DNA of 62,975 nucleotides, the filler included, from Octopus bimaculoides (Eukaryota), in the NCBI RefSeq assembly GCF_001194135.2. It is 6 parts of 5 records of this genome, joined end to end, with 100 filler letters (N's around TTAATTAATTAA, not from the genome) between each part and the next. Parts side by side here need not be neighbours in the genome. Positions count along the whole stretch, not along the records: positions 1 to 26,599 come from NC_068982.1; 5 more parts are not named here. One strand, written 5' to 3'. A program made the position numbers and the translations under genes. The notes under the pieces are model-generated. The model searched no databases, was not told the origin of the DNA, and saw nothing but the letters and a program-made list of their open reading frames with translations. Shown piece by piece: positions 12,531 through 25,954 of this stretch (positions within the stretch are counted from its first letter, which is position 1; every line of letters begins with the position of its first letter).

Positions 12531-12910
12531 ATTCGTTTTATTGGCCACAAGGGCNNNNNNNNNNCTAATGTTTTCTTTATTATTCGCTTGGGATTCATAA
12601 AAATGCATTGGGATAGTAATAGAGAATACAATGTGGGGTTTTAAATAATAGACATAATGGAGCCTTTTAGAAATGAACATGACCATCAGACAATTCCAGA
12701 ACATTGCAATAAATATTACTATAGCTTCCTTTTTATTCTAGTTTTTTTTTTATCCCAACTCCTTAATTCCTGATACACACATGGTCTTTCTGCCTATTTT
12801 TGCTCTATTTCTCACACAATTTGTGCTCAACAAATGAAATACATTCTCAAATATTGGTAATATCGGAAAAGCTATAGCGTTTCACATATTGCCTCGATAA
12901 TATATATTTA

Positions 12911-13222
12911 TATAGTTATCATCTTATCTATAGTTGTTGAAAGGGTGCTGAGAATGACATCTATTTCATTAATAAAGAAATAATAAATGTATTCAATCAA
13001 GCTACGACATTACACGTTACACATATTTCTGAGATTGATTTCAAACTCGGAAATTAAATTTTTATCGCTATTTTTCTGCAGGATAATAATGTTTCGTAGC
13101 ATAGACATAAAACCATATTGAGTGGGAATATAGGAATATATGATACAATGATATCAAACCAATGTAATATACTATCTTAAAGATAGCGTGTTTCTACTAC
13201 TACAACTACTACACACATTCTT
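12911..13222 (+). repeat. Local direct duplication, copy 2
   Basis: See 11121-11470. Confidence 0.9.
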
Positions 13223-13231
13223 TTCTGTTTT

Positions 13232-13425
13232 TTTTTACTTGTTGCAGTCATTTCACTGCGGCCATGCTGGAGCACCACATTGAAGGATTTTAGCCGAACA
13301 GATCATCCCCCGGGACTTATTTTTAAAGCCTAGTACTTATTCTATCCGTCTCTTTAGCTGAAATACTAAGTTACGGGGACGTAAACACACTAACACCGGT
13401 TGTCAAGTGGTGATGAGAGGGACAT
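13232..13425 (-). mobile_element. SINE family B, 3' half
   Basis: cactgcggccatgctggagcacc..gcctagtacttattctat..ctaagttacggggacgtaaacacac. Confidence 0.8.
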
Positions 13426-13440
13426 ATACACACACATACA

Positions 13441-13566
<126 letters not shown>

Positions 13567-13610
13567 TCATTTAATTTCATTTAACAAGAAGATAGATGGC
13601 ATGACAGGTC

Positions 13611-14000
13611 TTGACTATTGGGGGTCGACTAGAAAAGTTCAAGCTTTATTCTCTCCATCATCCCCGCGAGTGCTACATCATCTGCATGAAGTGGAAAATA
13701 TTCCATCAGCATTGCCCAAATGATGTTGGCATCACCTTCAAGATACTCTCAAGACTTGGCCCCAGTGCTATCCACCCACAGCATAAATCACACTCATATC
13801 TCATAACAATACAGCACAATTATTTCATCTCAACTGGCCCCGCTCTCTTTAACATTACACCAAAGCGCATTAAAGCAGAAATAGATCCCATAAAGTTCAA
13901 GAAGTCTTTAGGCAATTTCTTTCAAGAAATCCCGGAGAAACCTCCTACACCCGGATATGTCTCCGTAAACAATTTACTCTCTACTCGACTGGGCCATGTT
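13611..14000 (+). mobile_element. CR1/Crack-like LINE, ORF2 C-terminal fragment
   Basis: [63 protein letters not shown]; same family as 11887-12330, opposite strand. Confidence 0.75.
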
Positions 14001-14180
14001 GTCCGATTCTTGATTTGAATGACTTCGCCAGGTGGTGCTATTAAGTTAGACATGGCCTGAGCCAATACTGGCAGAAACCCATCAAAGTACACACGCACGC
14101 GCGCACACACACACATGTATGCCTATATGTGTGTGTATGCATGTACGCTTTTTATATTTATACACCCACACATATATTTG

Positions 14181-14227
<47 letters not shown>

Positions 14228-14382
14228 NNNNNNNNNNNNNNNNNNNNNNNNNNNNNNNNNNNNNNNNNNNNNNNNNNNNNNNNNNNNNNNNNNNNNNNNN
14301 NNNNNNNNNNNNNNNNNNNNNNNNNNNNNNNNNNNNNNNNNNNNNNNNNNNNNNNNNNNNNNAAGGAAACGCTAGTATTAAA

Positions 14383-14484
14383 AGTAGTAGTAGTAATAAA
14401 AGAAGAAGAAGAAGAAGAAGAAGAAGAAGAAGAAGAAGAAGAAGAAGAAGAAGAAGAAGAAGAAGAAGAAGAAGAAGAAGAAGA
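14383..14484. repeat. (AGT)n/(AGA)n microsatellite
   Basis: Long perfect GAA run; source of the poly-R and poly-E ORFs. Confidence 0.95.
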
Positions 14485-14826
14485 GGTTGGTGGGAAGGGA
14501 AACGGTGTGAATATGGTGTGAGGAAAGAATGTGTTGCTGTGGTAGGTTTTGATTAGTTTGACATGAATGAAAGCTTTGAATTGCTGAAGGGTTATCTTTT
14601 AGTTCCGGATGTCTAAGTTCATCTGAGGATCAAGGGAAGTTGAAGGAATTTATAAACGAAAATATATCGTGACTGTATTTCTATGTATATACCTGTGTGT
14701 ATATGTGTGTTAGTGTGTGTATATGTTTTATGAATGTGTTAGTATCTCAAGAGTATATTTTTGTGTCTTGCTATCGTTGTGAGTGAGTATGTGTATTTTG
14801 CATATTCGTATTTATCTATGTGTATT

Positions 14827-14896
<70 letters not shown>

Positions 14897-15041
14897 TACG
14901 AATGTGTGTGTAAGTGTGTGTGTGAGAGAGTGTATATGCGTTTGTGTGTAGGTGTATATATATGTGCGTGTGTGTGTGTGTTCGTGTGAGCGTGGATATA
15001 TTTTATGTAGATATCTATAAGTTAAGCTAAACAAAAATGTA

Positions 15042-15073
<32 letters not shown>

Positions 15074-15078
<5 letters not shown>

Positions 15079-15245
15079 CGGGGCCATGCTGGGGCACCGC
15101 TTTGAAGAATTTTAGTCGACTGAATCAACCGCAGTACCTATTTTTTTTAAAGACTGGTACTTATTCTGTCGGTCACTTTTGTCAAACCGTTAAGTTACGG
15201 GGACGTAAACACACCAACACCGGTTGTCAAGAAGTGATGGAGAAC
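15074..15245 (-). mobile_element. SINE family B, 3' half
   Basis: gggccatgctggggcaccgc..ggtacttattct..taagttacggggacgtaaacacaccaacaccggttgtcaag. Confidence 0.8.
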
Positions 15246-16442
15246 ACACACACACACACACACACAAACAACACACACAAGTGTGTGTGTGTGTGTTTAG
15301 CTAAATTATTACTCAATACGTGAAGTGTGTTGCTTTAATCGGTATTTTTATTCTTTTAGTAGGACCGTTCAAACCAGATTATTTGCCCCTCGCACAAACA
15401 CTAACCGCCGTCCGGATTTCAGCTGCTGTTATTGGATTTTCGCAGTACTCCACCCTTTATTTTGTGAGCCACGGTAGGCCGCCAAGATAGGCACTAAAAT
15501 TCAACGTTTCTGGCCCAGTACTATCCCCATACAAAAGCTTCTAAAAAGCTACACACACCTGCATAGAATGAAATAGTCTGCACCCATTGCAGTTCATCAA
15601 ATACCTGATGGTAGTTTTATTTCCACGTCTTGTCTCCGCTACTCAGGCTCTTCGCACAGGTTTTGCAGCCTTGTGCATAAGTACACGCGTTCTAATATTC
15701 AGATTAGATATACAAATGTCATTCTGTGATCAATCTGAACTTAGGCATTAAATAATTATTTAACTGTGTAATTAGTTAATTTTACAGACAGTAAGTTCTA
15801 AATGTATACATATCGAGATGTCACTGAAATTGTTATTTATTTAGGAAAAGATTAACGAAAATATATTTAGAAGCTAAATAATTAGTCACTAAGTAAGACT
15901 GTGTGTAAAAACACTCGATCACTAATTTCAGTCATAATTAGACAGAAATGTACCGTAAAAAAAAGGAAAAAAATGGAAAACAATCCCTTGAAGTTGCAAT
16001 CATACCATGAAGGTCGTATGGTCATTTACCCACAAAATATATACATATACTGCTACGAAAATATGTATTTTAATGTCAATATTAAACTAGGACGTTTGAG
16101 TAGTAGAAACAGCAAAGCCTCAAACAAAATACCTTCTAGTATTTACTCAAACGAGTGTACAACGCAGAAGAGTATGTAGTTAATAGGCTAGTTGATAATA
16201 ACCCTGATTTTGAGAACGTCCAGTTTTGATATATTAAAATAAAAATCTTTGTGATGAGAATTTAATTTTACTTGCCGAATATGCAGTAAAGGGTAATGCC
16301 CATGACCCTTGCACGTCCTTCAAGACGGTGAGCTTGGTGCTTTTATTGTTCCGTTTAAACTGCTGTCAGTCAGCCCCTGCAGGAAATACATGAGCAGAGA
16401 AGATTTTTCAGAAGAACGATGATCTGGCGGAAGAAGGACTGC

Positions 16443-16548
<106 letters not shown>

Positions 16549-16769
16549 GAGTGGATCAGGATTCCTTGAATGAAGTACAAGATCAACCAGTTCTGAAGAT
16601 TAAATTGGCTGAATGGTTTTCTTATGTAGCCCTGATCAAATCTAATAAGAATACTTGAACTCAGCTGTTGAAGATAACAAAAGATCAGTTTTGTTGTGCC
16701 ACCACTCTTTTCAAAGCTGAGCTGGAATCTAATCATCGCAGATACATACAGCGAGGCGAGCCACCGACC

Positions 16770-16930
16770 AAGTATCTTCTTAGTCGCTCGACATGCAAGA
16801 AACAGAATACAAATTACACCTTTCCGTCTTCAAAAAGGCCACTAGACGAAACGGTCATGGTAAGAACGTCTTTAATTGTATGTCTACTCAGTCAAAGCTG
16901 ATCTGAAGCTAAACAATAACAACAATAATA
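16770..16930 (+). mobile_element. Interspersed repeat family F (SINE-like 3' region with AAC tail)
   Basis: gctcgac..gtcttcaaaa..ggtcatgg..gctgatctg..gctaaacaataacaac; diverged relatives at ~2262-2300, 18060-18255, 19285-19480, 20385-20560, 21140-21225 and 53630-53745. Confidence 0.55.
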
Positions 16931-18059
16931 ACTTATAAGTTGGTGAGCTGAGTCAATAAGAGTTTAAATGTCCTAGCCTTGAGTGGGGGCACCTAGCACA
17001 ATATCTGTGTAGATACGAACCGGCAACTCATCGACCGGTAGTCTGATACTCTATCGCCTCAGCCAGATGTGAATACTGGTCTGCTCATAAGACAAGAGGG
17101 GTTCATCCGGGTACGATATGGAACAAATACCAGTAACAGACCTGTGATTCATCATCACATTGACACCACATTAACCGAACGGTGACCCAGTTCTTCATAA
17201 AACAGCAAAGAAACCTATTTTGGGAAATGTAAGGGACACAATAGTATATATTTTGAAACGATAAACAGTTGGTAGAGGTTTGTAATACTTGATAGAGATT
17301 TGATGGAGCGATAAAATAAAAAGAAAACCCCTTTGTAGCGTAAAAATGAATGAATTAATAACTGAAAAAGAAAAAAAAAGATGTAAGTAAATAAAGCTGA
17401 CATTAAATGCTATTAGATTTCAACAAATTATATGGAATATAAAATGTTTTAATCTTTTTAAGATGATACTTTTTATAAATTTGAATTATAACTTTATTTT
17501 ATATTCTTCGTTTTTTTTTTATTAGGTACACATATTCATAAAAGAAAAAAGACACTTACGCCTAGATACTTGCACATAGATAGACACAGATACTCATCTG
17601 TATAAATGAAGTGCAGCCTTTTGTTTTTGTTTTTGTTTTCGTTTTTGTTTCTAATTCTGATCGTATTTCTTCTCTGTATTCGTTAAGTTGTTGACTCAAG
17701 CCCTGTGGATATTCAGATGAATTGATATATTCAAGTTAGTATGAGATATAAAACAAGAATTGTTGGAGGAGAAATTAAGAGGAAGGTGGAGAAAGAATAG
17801 AGGGTAATGAATAAGAAATAGAGGAAGCAAGATATTGACAAAAAAAAAAAAAGCAGGATTAAGTGGGTCGAACTCTTTCTGCTTCGAGACTAGTGTAGAT
17901 AGAATCCGGAAGTTTGATAGACCAAAAATGATTCATGTAAATTCAGTCATGATTCTAGATAATACGAACTCTGAACTTAGCAATATTCCATATTTCGAAG
18001 ATCATATCTAGTGGTGGTGGTGGTGGGGGAAAAGCCTTTTTGTAAACAGATTATTACTA

Positions 18060-18255
18060 ATGTTATTGTTGTTTAACTCTAAGTCGACCCTGTTTGAGTA
18101 GATTTATGGTCAAGGCATTCCGGCCGTGGCCATCCTGATTTTTTTAAAACGTACTTAACTAGGACTACACTAACTCATAATTCTTTCATTTTATTTTTTA
18201 AGACGTTGAGTGTAAGTGGAAGGAGAAGCCCCGCCTCATTGGGCTGCTTGCGACT
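18060..18255 (-). mobile_element. Interspersed repeat family F
   Basis: tgttgtttaactctaagtcgaccctg..tatggtcaaggcattccggccgtggccatcc..ttttttaagacg is the reverse complement of the family F tail. Confidence 0.55.
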
Positions 18256-18532
18256 ATGTTAATTTTCTAAGTGTAGCAATTTCAGCCCTTTTACTAGAGT
18301 TCCAGATTCCCAAATATTTTAAAAACAGTAGCTTTGATATCGCCTGGTGGATATTATTGAATCGCGTAGATTTCTGGTGAACATGCATTGGGGATTTTTT
18401 AAAAAGAATTTGTATTGCCATCACTGATTTTGTTTCATGTGACTGAGGCTTATTCCACCAACATCCTTTCTTCTATAGGAACAGGGCCTGACATTATGTA
18501 GGAGGGGGAAGACGATTATAGGAAGACAGGCA

Positions 18533-18594
<62 letters not shown>

Positions 18595-18595
<1 letters not shown>

Positions 18596-18720
18596 TATTT
18601 TCTCGTGTTCCTTTCTGTTGAAGAGCGTAGGCTCGAAACGTAAAAGACTTTCTGACTTTCCTGAGCGTTAAACTAATACACCTGTTTGTTGTTTACACAG
18701 CTGTCTTCGTCTTTTTTTTT
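18595..18720 (+). mobile_element. Repeat family D (Penelope pLTR-like) with hammerhead-like motif
   Basis: Homologous to 26852-27046; motif CTTT-CTGTTGAA-GAGC-GTAG-GCTC-GAAACGT-A-AAAG at 18611-18646. Confidence 0.6.
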
Positions 18721-18861
18721 TTGTNNNNNNNNNNNNNNNNNNNNNNNNNNNNNNNNNNNNNNNNNNNNNNNNNNNNNNNNNNNNNNNNNNNNNNNNNNNN
18801 NNNNNNNNNNNNNNNNNNNNNNNNNNNNNNNNNNNNNNNNNNNNNNNNNNNNNNATATATA

Positions 18862-18991
18862 CAGGGTGTCCACAAAGTCTAGGTACATGGAATAAATAAA
18901 ATCATAACATAAACAATTAAATATAAGAAGAAATAATAATTTCTTAAAGTATGTGGTAATCCCCATGTACCCAGACTTTGTGGACACCCTG
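18862..18991. mobile_element. Tc1/mariner-type MITE (130 bp)
   Basis: 29-bp TIRs CAGGGTGTCCACAAAGTCT(A/G)GGTACATGG, 28/29 identical, with TA on both sides. Confidence 0.88.
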
Positions 18992-19043
18992 TATATAATG
19001 CCAAGAACTGTTTCCTAGAAAAATTAATATCTGTGAGCATGAG

Positions 19044-19241
19044 AGCGCCGAGCTGGCAGAATCGTTAGCATGCCAGGAAAATGCTTAGCAGTATTTCGTT
19101 CGTCTATACGTTCTCAGTTCATATAGCCTTTAATTCTTTTGGGGTCGATAAAATAAGAACCAGTTGAGCACTGGGGTTGATGTAATCGACTTGCCCCGTC
19201 CCTACAAAATTACTGGTCTTGTGCCAAATTTGAAACTAGTA
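19044..19241 (+). mobile_element. SINE family A
   Basis: gagctggcagaatcgttagca..ggggtcgataaaataag..gatgtaatcgact. Confidence 0.8.
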
Positions 19242-19533
19242 TCCGTGAACTTCGATGTTTTTCGCTTGAATACCATTTTGTAATGTTGCTGTATTGTTGT
19301 CCAAGTTCAACCTGATGGATTAAACTTATCATCAAAACGTTCCGGCCATGACCGACCGTACAGTTAGTTTACAAGCGCAGTTTATCTTGGATTACATTAT
19401 CGTATGTGTCCTTTGTTTTTTTTTTAAAGAGTAGGGTGTACTTTGAGCTAGATTTGGGTTTTATATGGAGAAATTTTTCGGATTCATTCAACAGCCTTTC
19501 GAAAAATTTCATAACACTACCACCAGCACCAGC

Positions 19534-19565
<32 letters not shown>

Positions 19566-20157
19566 CACCGCCGCCGCCGCCATCACTGCTGCCACCGCTA
19601 TTAGCATCACCAGCATCACCATTATCATCACCATCACCATCGCGGCATAATTACCGCCATAGCTACCACAACTGCCACGACCAGGAATCTCTGCTGCTAT
19701 TTCTATCTGCTCAATTAACCCCGTAGAGAAGCCCTCATTCACTTCAATCCTATTGTTTTGGGAGTTTTTTTTCTTTTTCGTCTGTGTGCGAAGAACTTGT
19801 ATATTAATTGTCACGTGCCACCATAGAAGGACAATATTCTGCGCCCGGATGCGATACCAGATTATTGTAAACTTTATTTGCTACAATAAGCATTTACTAA
19901 AGAGTGTGATTTTAATTAGTTACAACCTCTTGGCTGACTACATCAAGTATGCTAGCGCCTGTTTTACTGTTGTATACACTTACAACACGTGCACACAAAC
20001 ATTTAAATGCATGACTTCAAGTCTACTCAAGTGTAGATAAACAATCTGGTGGGGATGAGGTTGGGATTGGGGTTAGGGTTGATGATAGTGGTAGTGGCTG
20101 TGGTAGTTGTGATGGTTATGGTAGGACGATAATGACGATGACGACGACGACGACGAC

Positions 20158-20197
<40 letters not shown>

Positions 20198-20784
20198 GTG
20201 GTGGTAGTGGTGGTGGTGGTGCTGGTGGTGGTGTAAAATTCCATGCTGTTTTAACTAAAAGACTCATTCGATACTACGTGATGGCTACGGCTGGAACGAC
20301 TTTCTATGGGTCTGTTCAGTCAGAACTGATTTGAAAATAACTAGACAACATAAACCACAACGACAAATAACACTGAGTAATGAGTGAACTTCCACGTGGT
20401 TGCCCGACTTACTAGAAACAATAACAAAATTTTGTAAAAATCGCACATATGCCGTCTTCAATAAAGAAGGACAGACTGCAAACTTTAGTTCCTGATATAA
20501 AAAGCAAAAAAACGTGATGGTCACAGTTGGACCGTCTGTGATCATAAGTCAGGTGAGAAAAGTTGCTGCAGAAACAGGAAGTTATTCTCAAACTAAGGAC
20601 TTAGACCGATTGTTTTGCAGCAGAGTTGACGCTACGAAAGATTCCTAAGGATCACACTCTGTTAAGCTGGGCCCAGTTTATCCACTCTAAAGCAGAAATA
20701 GCACCACCGACAAACTTCTACACTATTTTCATCAATCAAGTTTCACCCACATGCATTTGGTTGATCAGTAGAAAGAAGACTTGG

Positions 20785-21005
20785 TAGAAACGTTAGAGCG
20801 CCGGGCGAAATGCTTACCGGTATTTCGTCTGCCGTTACGTTCTGAGTTCAAATTCCACCGAGGTCGACTTTGCCTTTCATTCTTTCGGGGTCGATAAATT
20901 AAGTACCAGTTACGCACTGGGGTCGATGTAATCGACTTAATCCCTTTGTCTGTCCTTGTTTGTCCTCTCTATGTTTAGCTCCTTGTGGGCAATGAAGAAA
21001 TAAGA
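20785..21005 (+). mobile_element. SINE family A
   Basis: Highly similar to 3048-3264, including the ccttgtgggcaat tail. Confidence 0.85.
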
Positions 21006-21061
21006 AAGAAGACTTAAGTAAAGTATCGCGCTGTGGGACCGGACGGAAACCACAGATTCTA

Positions 21062-21119
<58 letters not shown>

Positions 21120-22211
21120 CACGCACACACACACACACACAAGCTGGAATACTGACTTGGAATGCATTTGGCTATAAGTATGTCCTATCAAGGCTGATCT
21201 GGGGCTAAAAAACAGCAACAACAAAATTATCCGTTTTAGCTAAACAAATAGTAAAAAGTAAAATAATAAAATAAATTTGTAAAAATAAAATCCCTTTAAC
21301 TTGCATACGAAAGCATATATTCATACACAAGTGTGCTTCTTATGATATAAGTATTAACCGTGCCATATAACAGGAAACCGAAATATACTGGTGACTCTGA
21401 CACAGCGGATTTCAATATGTACTGGAAAATTATTCAATGATAAGAGCGATGCTGTAAAATTTGCTTTTTATGATGGCATCATGCTTCTTCAGCTATCGTT
21501 CAGAATTGATAGAGATCACCCTGAACTTCCGGTTTCTTCTGATAAATCTCTGCAACCAGAGAGCTTTTAAAACATCAAGACATTTCTCTTTTGAAAATAA
21601 ATAACAACGGAAGCTTCTCTCGAAATCTATTGGCGCCAACAAATTCTGTGAATTCGTTCTTTTATCCATTTTTGTGCAACGTTTTTGTACATTTTTAAGG
21701 ACCGACAATTTTCCTGATGGCATATACTAACATACTTTTGAATAGAGCCGTCTTACATGCATACATACGTACATACACACATACATATATACATACATAT
21801 ATGCATGCACACATACACATATACAGGTATATATACTATATGTATGTACACTTGTATGTATGTATGTATGTATGTATGTATGTATGTACGTATGTATATA
21901 TTTATGTATGAAAGGATGCATACACACTCATCTATGTGTGTATACGTATCCATGCAGGTACAGATGCATGCTTATATGTATATATGTATTATATATATGT
22001 TGCAAAGCGGTACTCAAACATGGCCGAAGTCCAATAAGTGAAACATGCAAATTATATACATGTACATTATATATGTGTGTGCTTGTTTGTGTGTGTGTGT
22101 GCGCGTGCGTGCGTGTGTGTGTGTATTAATTCACATATGTGTGTATATGTATGTATGTATGTATCTATCTATCTATCTATCTATTTATCTATGTATTCCC
22201 TCCCTCTTTCA

Positions 22212-22313
<102 letters not shown>

Positions 22314-22629
22314 CCTGTGTATGTGTGTGAGTGCGTGAACATGTATATATAACTTTGTATACGGGGAAGGGGAAAGTGATAAATTTCGTTTAGGCTGCGA
22401 AACATTCTCATTGGCAACTGCCTACTGAAAATCTTTATTTCAACATTTTTCGGCAACATTTTCCCTCGTATTCCAATCACCTCAAAATTAGTTTGAAATG
22501 CTTTGTTGTTCACGTTCAGAATGAATATTTAAAAAGTAATTTCCATATTTACAAATTTACCGTAGATATATCTCTTTAACTTTTGTTGAATATTTTGTCA
22601 TTCTATAATTTTGTCGTCTTTGGTTATAT

Positions 22630-23018
22630 AAATATTTGCTTATTGCAAATCAGTGACCTTGTTTACAAATATATTGCTGGCTGGAGCGGACCCTGGCTAT
22701 CGCTCTGCCCACTTTTGCAGTGTTGATAAAGCTGGAGTATCATTCTCTAATGTAGCAAGTATGTCAGCGTGAATGCCCTTGAGGGTTAAGCCCCTTTTCT
22801 GCAGGAACTTGGTAACATCAAGATGCCAAATTTTGTCGATTTTCAAGAGAAGTTGCTAACAGTCACATTTGGAGTCTTCTTTGAAGAGTCGGATGTCATT
22901 TTACGCGGAAAGAAGCAATGCAGTTATGAATAAGAAGTTGAAATTAATGCATGCAAGCTTTCAGAGCTCAAGTATGCTTCTTTCATAGTCAGCTTATGAA
23001 TTTTTCTGCCCATCCTCG
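22630..23018 (-). mobile_element. Mariner element 5' end (TIR plus N-terminal transposase remnant)
   Basis: Minus strand begins TA-CGAGGATGGGCAGAAAAATTCATAAGCTGAC (mariner-like TIR), then KGLNLKGIHADILATLENDTPALSTLQKWAE, resembling the mariner N-terminal HTH. Confidence 0.65.
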
Positions 23019-23039
23019 TATAATTAGTATAGACGCATA

Positions 23040-23144
<105 letters not shown>

Positions 23145-23993
23145 ATATATAGAGAGAAGCAATTCCTTAGTGAGAAAATATATTGTCCTAAAATTAATAG
23201 AGATATAAGCAGTAATTAGCATTGAGTCAATGATGTTTATTTACCTTTGTTGCGAAAGTTATTGAGCGACGTGAAGAAATCAGCTGAACAAAGCCTGTAG
23301 GAGCTGAATTCTGTTCTTAATTTGAATATTTAAGATCTTGCTTTCTTTTTGCTAATTCAATTTAGCATTGTACTTGAATAAAATCAACGAGCAGTATGAA
23401 CTGAGATATTGCAACCAGCAGAAAAATGAACCACGTCCTTTACGAGAAGACTGTTGAACCAACACAAGTCAAAGATTTTCTTCCGGTAACAAATTTACGA
23501 AGCAGCATAGTTTTCCATTTGAAGAACCTACGTTTCATTACTGTAATGTACCTATTAAGTGAACAAAATATTCTGTAGTAAAAGTAATAAAATATAAATA
23601 TGTGAAGAAGTAATAAGCTAAAAACTGTGCTAAATATAAACAATAAGGAAGATTCCGCTTCCGGTTCTTTATCATCATTATTGTTTTTGTTTTGTTTTTT
23701 TGCGCCGTCAAAAGTTTCATTACAAAATTGGTTCGCTGTCATTTATTTTACGAAGTAGTACAGAAACAAGAGGTACTCAAGCTGTTAGTTTTCTTAATAT
23801 ATTTCACCGTTGATAATTGTAGATATTTACAATTTTCCCGGAAACTTTATGCATAATCTAATAACGCCTGCTGGGTCTGGAGTAATTGTCCAAACCGATG
23901 AATTATAATTCTCATATAAACCAAAAAACACGATAGGGAGCAAGCACCGCACAACATTATTTATTTGTTGTTATTAATCTCTCTGTCTCTCTG

Positions 23994-24051
<58 letters not shown>

Positions 24052-24589
24052 GTATGGAAAATATAGAGAAATAGTGGAATAACGCAATGATGATACGTCG
24101 TTGCCAATAATTTACAAAGTGGTGTTCTCTAAAACTAGAGAGCAGAGTAACAAATGAAATGTTTATGTAAGCATTAATAAGTGCTTCATTTAACTCATGA
24201 AAGTGAAAAACCAGTCTTTGCATTTTGTTGATAAAAATACTGGAGTGCGAACTAAGGGGAAGACTTTGATAGTTTTAGACCCGTAACTTTACGAAGTGCA
24301 GAATTTAAGATTTTGGCCAAGTTGTTAGCCAAGACGTTGGCACTTGTCATTGATAGTATTCACGGTGACGCACAGACATGTCTCATCTCAAACAAATCTA
24401 TTCGCAACAATCTCCACCTCACGCGATGCATCACAGAGTGAACCTGGTACATCATAAGGAACCTCGTTTACTTTGCCTTTCAACATTAATGGGGGTGGGG
24501 TCGACAAAATAAAGTATCTGTCAATTTCTGGGTTCGATGTCATCGACAAACTCCCTTCCCTCAAAATTGCCACCATCGTGTCAAAATTC

Positions 24590-24650
24590 TTCTTCTTCTT
24601 CGTTGTTGTTGTTGTTGTTGTTGTTCTTCTTCTTCTTCTTCTTCTTCTTC

Positions 24651-24707
<57 letters not shown>

Positions 24708-24759
24708 CTCTTCTTCTTCTTCTTCGTTGTTGTTGTTGTTCTTCTTCTTCTTCTTTTTT

Positions 24760-24825
<66 letters not shown>
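24590..24825. repeat. Compound trinucleotide microsatellite (CTT/GTT/ATT), block order repeated twice
   Basis: Seen directly; source of ORFs 24388..24969, 24473..24994 and 24537..24827. Confidence 0.9.
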
Positions 24826-25360
24826 GAGTGAGAGAGCAATGCATACCATGAAAGTGACAAAGCCCAATATACCCATCATGACTACCCGTCTGATAAAGGT
24901 ACACCAGGCACATGCATCGCAACCATATGTGCGCGACATGGTGATCTCATATCGAGATGGACAGTGCATGACCTTGCAGGTGGGACCCAGTTAGAATCTT
25001 CTCCAAGTCGAGTAGCCCATCCCGCTCAAAAAGTCCCTGAATAAAGGTTGTTTAAGGATGTTGAACAAAGCACCCATGTTTCCAGAGGTGAATAATACAA
25101 ACTCCAAAGAATTCTTCTCAACAACTGGCTATGATGCCCCCCACCCACTTCTGCTCGTGATCAGAGATGCACATATCGTCAGCCACCAAGGGACATGCTC
25201 AACTGGCGAAGATCAAACAACTGACAAACAAATCTGTGGTATTGAGCAGAATATTTGCCGTAGCCCATCTTTTACACCAAGACAAAATATGTACGTGATA
25301 ATACTTTCAATCAGTTAAGATTAGAAGCTATGAGTGCCAGTTCCTGGTAATGCATCAGGA
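24826..25360. mobile_element. ~530-bp non-coding element flanked by (TTA)n on both sides
   Basis: Complex sequence between TTA arrays at ~24790-24825 and ~25361-25403, with no credible ORF. Family assignment is not possible from the window. Confidence 0.45.
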
Positions 25361-25403
25361 CATTATTATTATTACTATTATTATTATTATTATTATTATT
25401 ATT

Positions 25404-25612
25404 GGCAGAATCGTTAGCACGCCGGGTTAAATGCTTAGCGGCATTTCGTCTGTCTTCACATTCTGAGTTCAAATGCCACTGGGGTCGACTTTGGCTTTCA
25501 TCCTTTCGGGGGGCGATAAATTAAGTACCAGTTGAGCACTGCGACTGATGTAATCGACTTACACTCTCCCCCAAAATTTCAGGCTTTGTGCCTATATTAG
25601 AAAGAATTATTA
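25404..25612 (+). mobile_element. SINE family A
   Basis: ggcagaatcgttagcacgccggg..ctgagttcaaat..gtcgactttg..gatgtaatcgact. Confidence 0.85.
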
Positions 25613-25954
25613 TGATTATTATTATTTTTTCTTCTTTCTTCAAATTTTCTTTCATTTCTCGCCGAGTGTTTTCCGTACACCTAGGGCAGAGAAGCTCATT
25701 GTATGCATTCCCACTTTACACACGCAAATTCACAGGTAAAATACGTATGTAAAAAAATTGATAAATAAATAAATTCATGAATGGATGTTGTTTTCACAGC
25801 GAATATGTTCTTCTCAGTACATGAGTCGTTCCATTTAACACGATTTTTTGCACTTCCTGTAGGGATGGTAGGCTTGGTATCATTTTCAAATAGGTTTCAG
25901 TACCCCCTTTTTTTTTATCATTCCTAGAGATCCTACAATCACTGGTACGGTAAT

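Noticed and set aside
16960-17070. tRNA gene on the minus strand
   Set aside because: A- and B-box-like motifs are present but I cannot fold a cloverleaf; more likely a decayed SINE head.
17640-18010. Possible Penelope RT/GIY-YIG remnant on the minus strand
   Set aside because: Only faint resemblance, with many stops.
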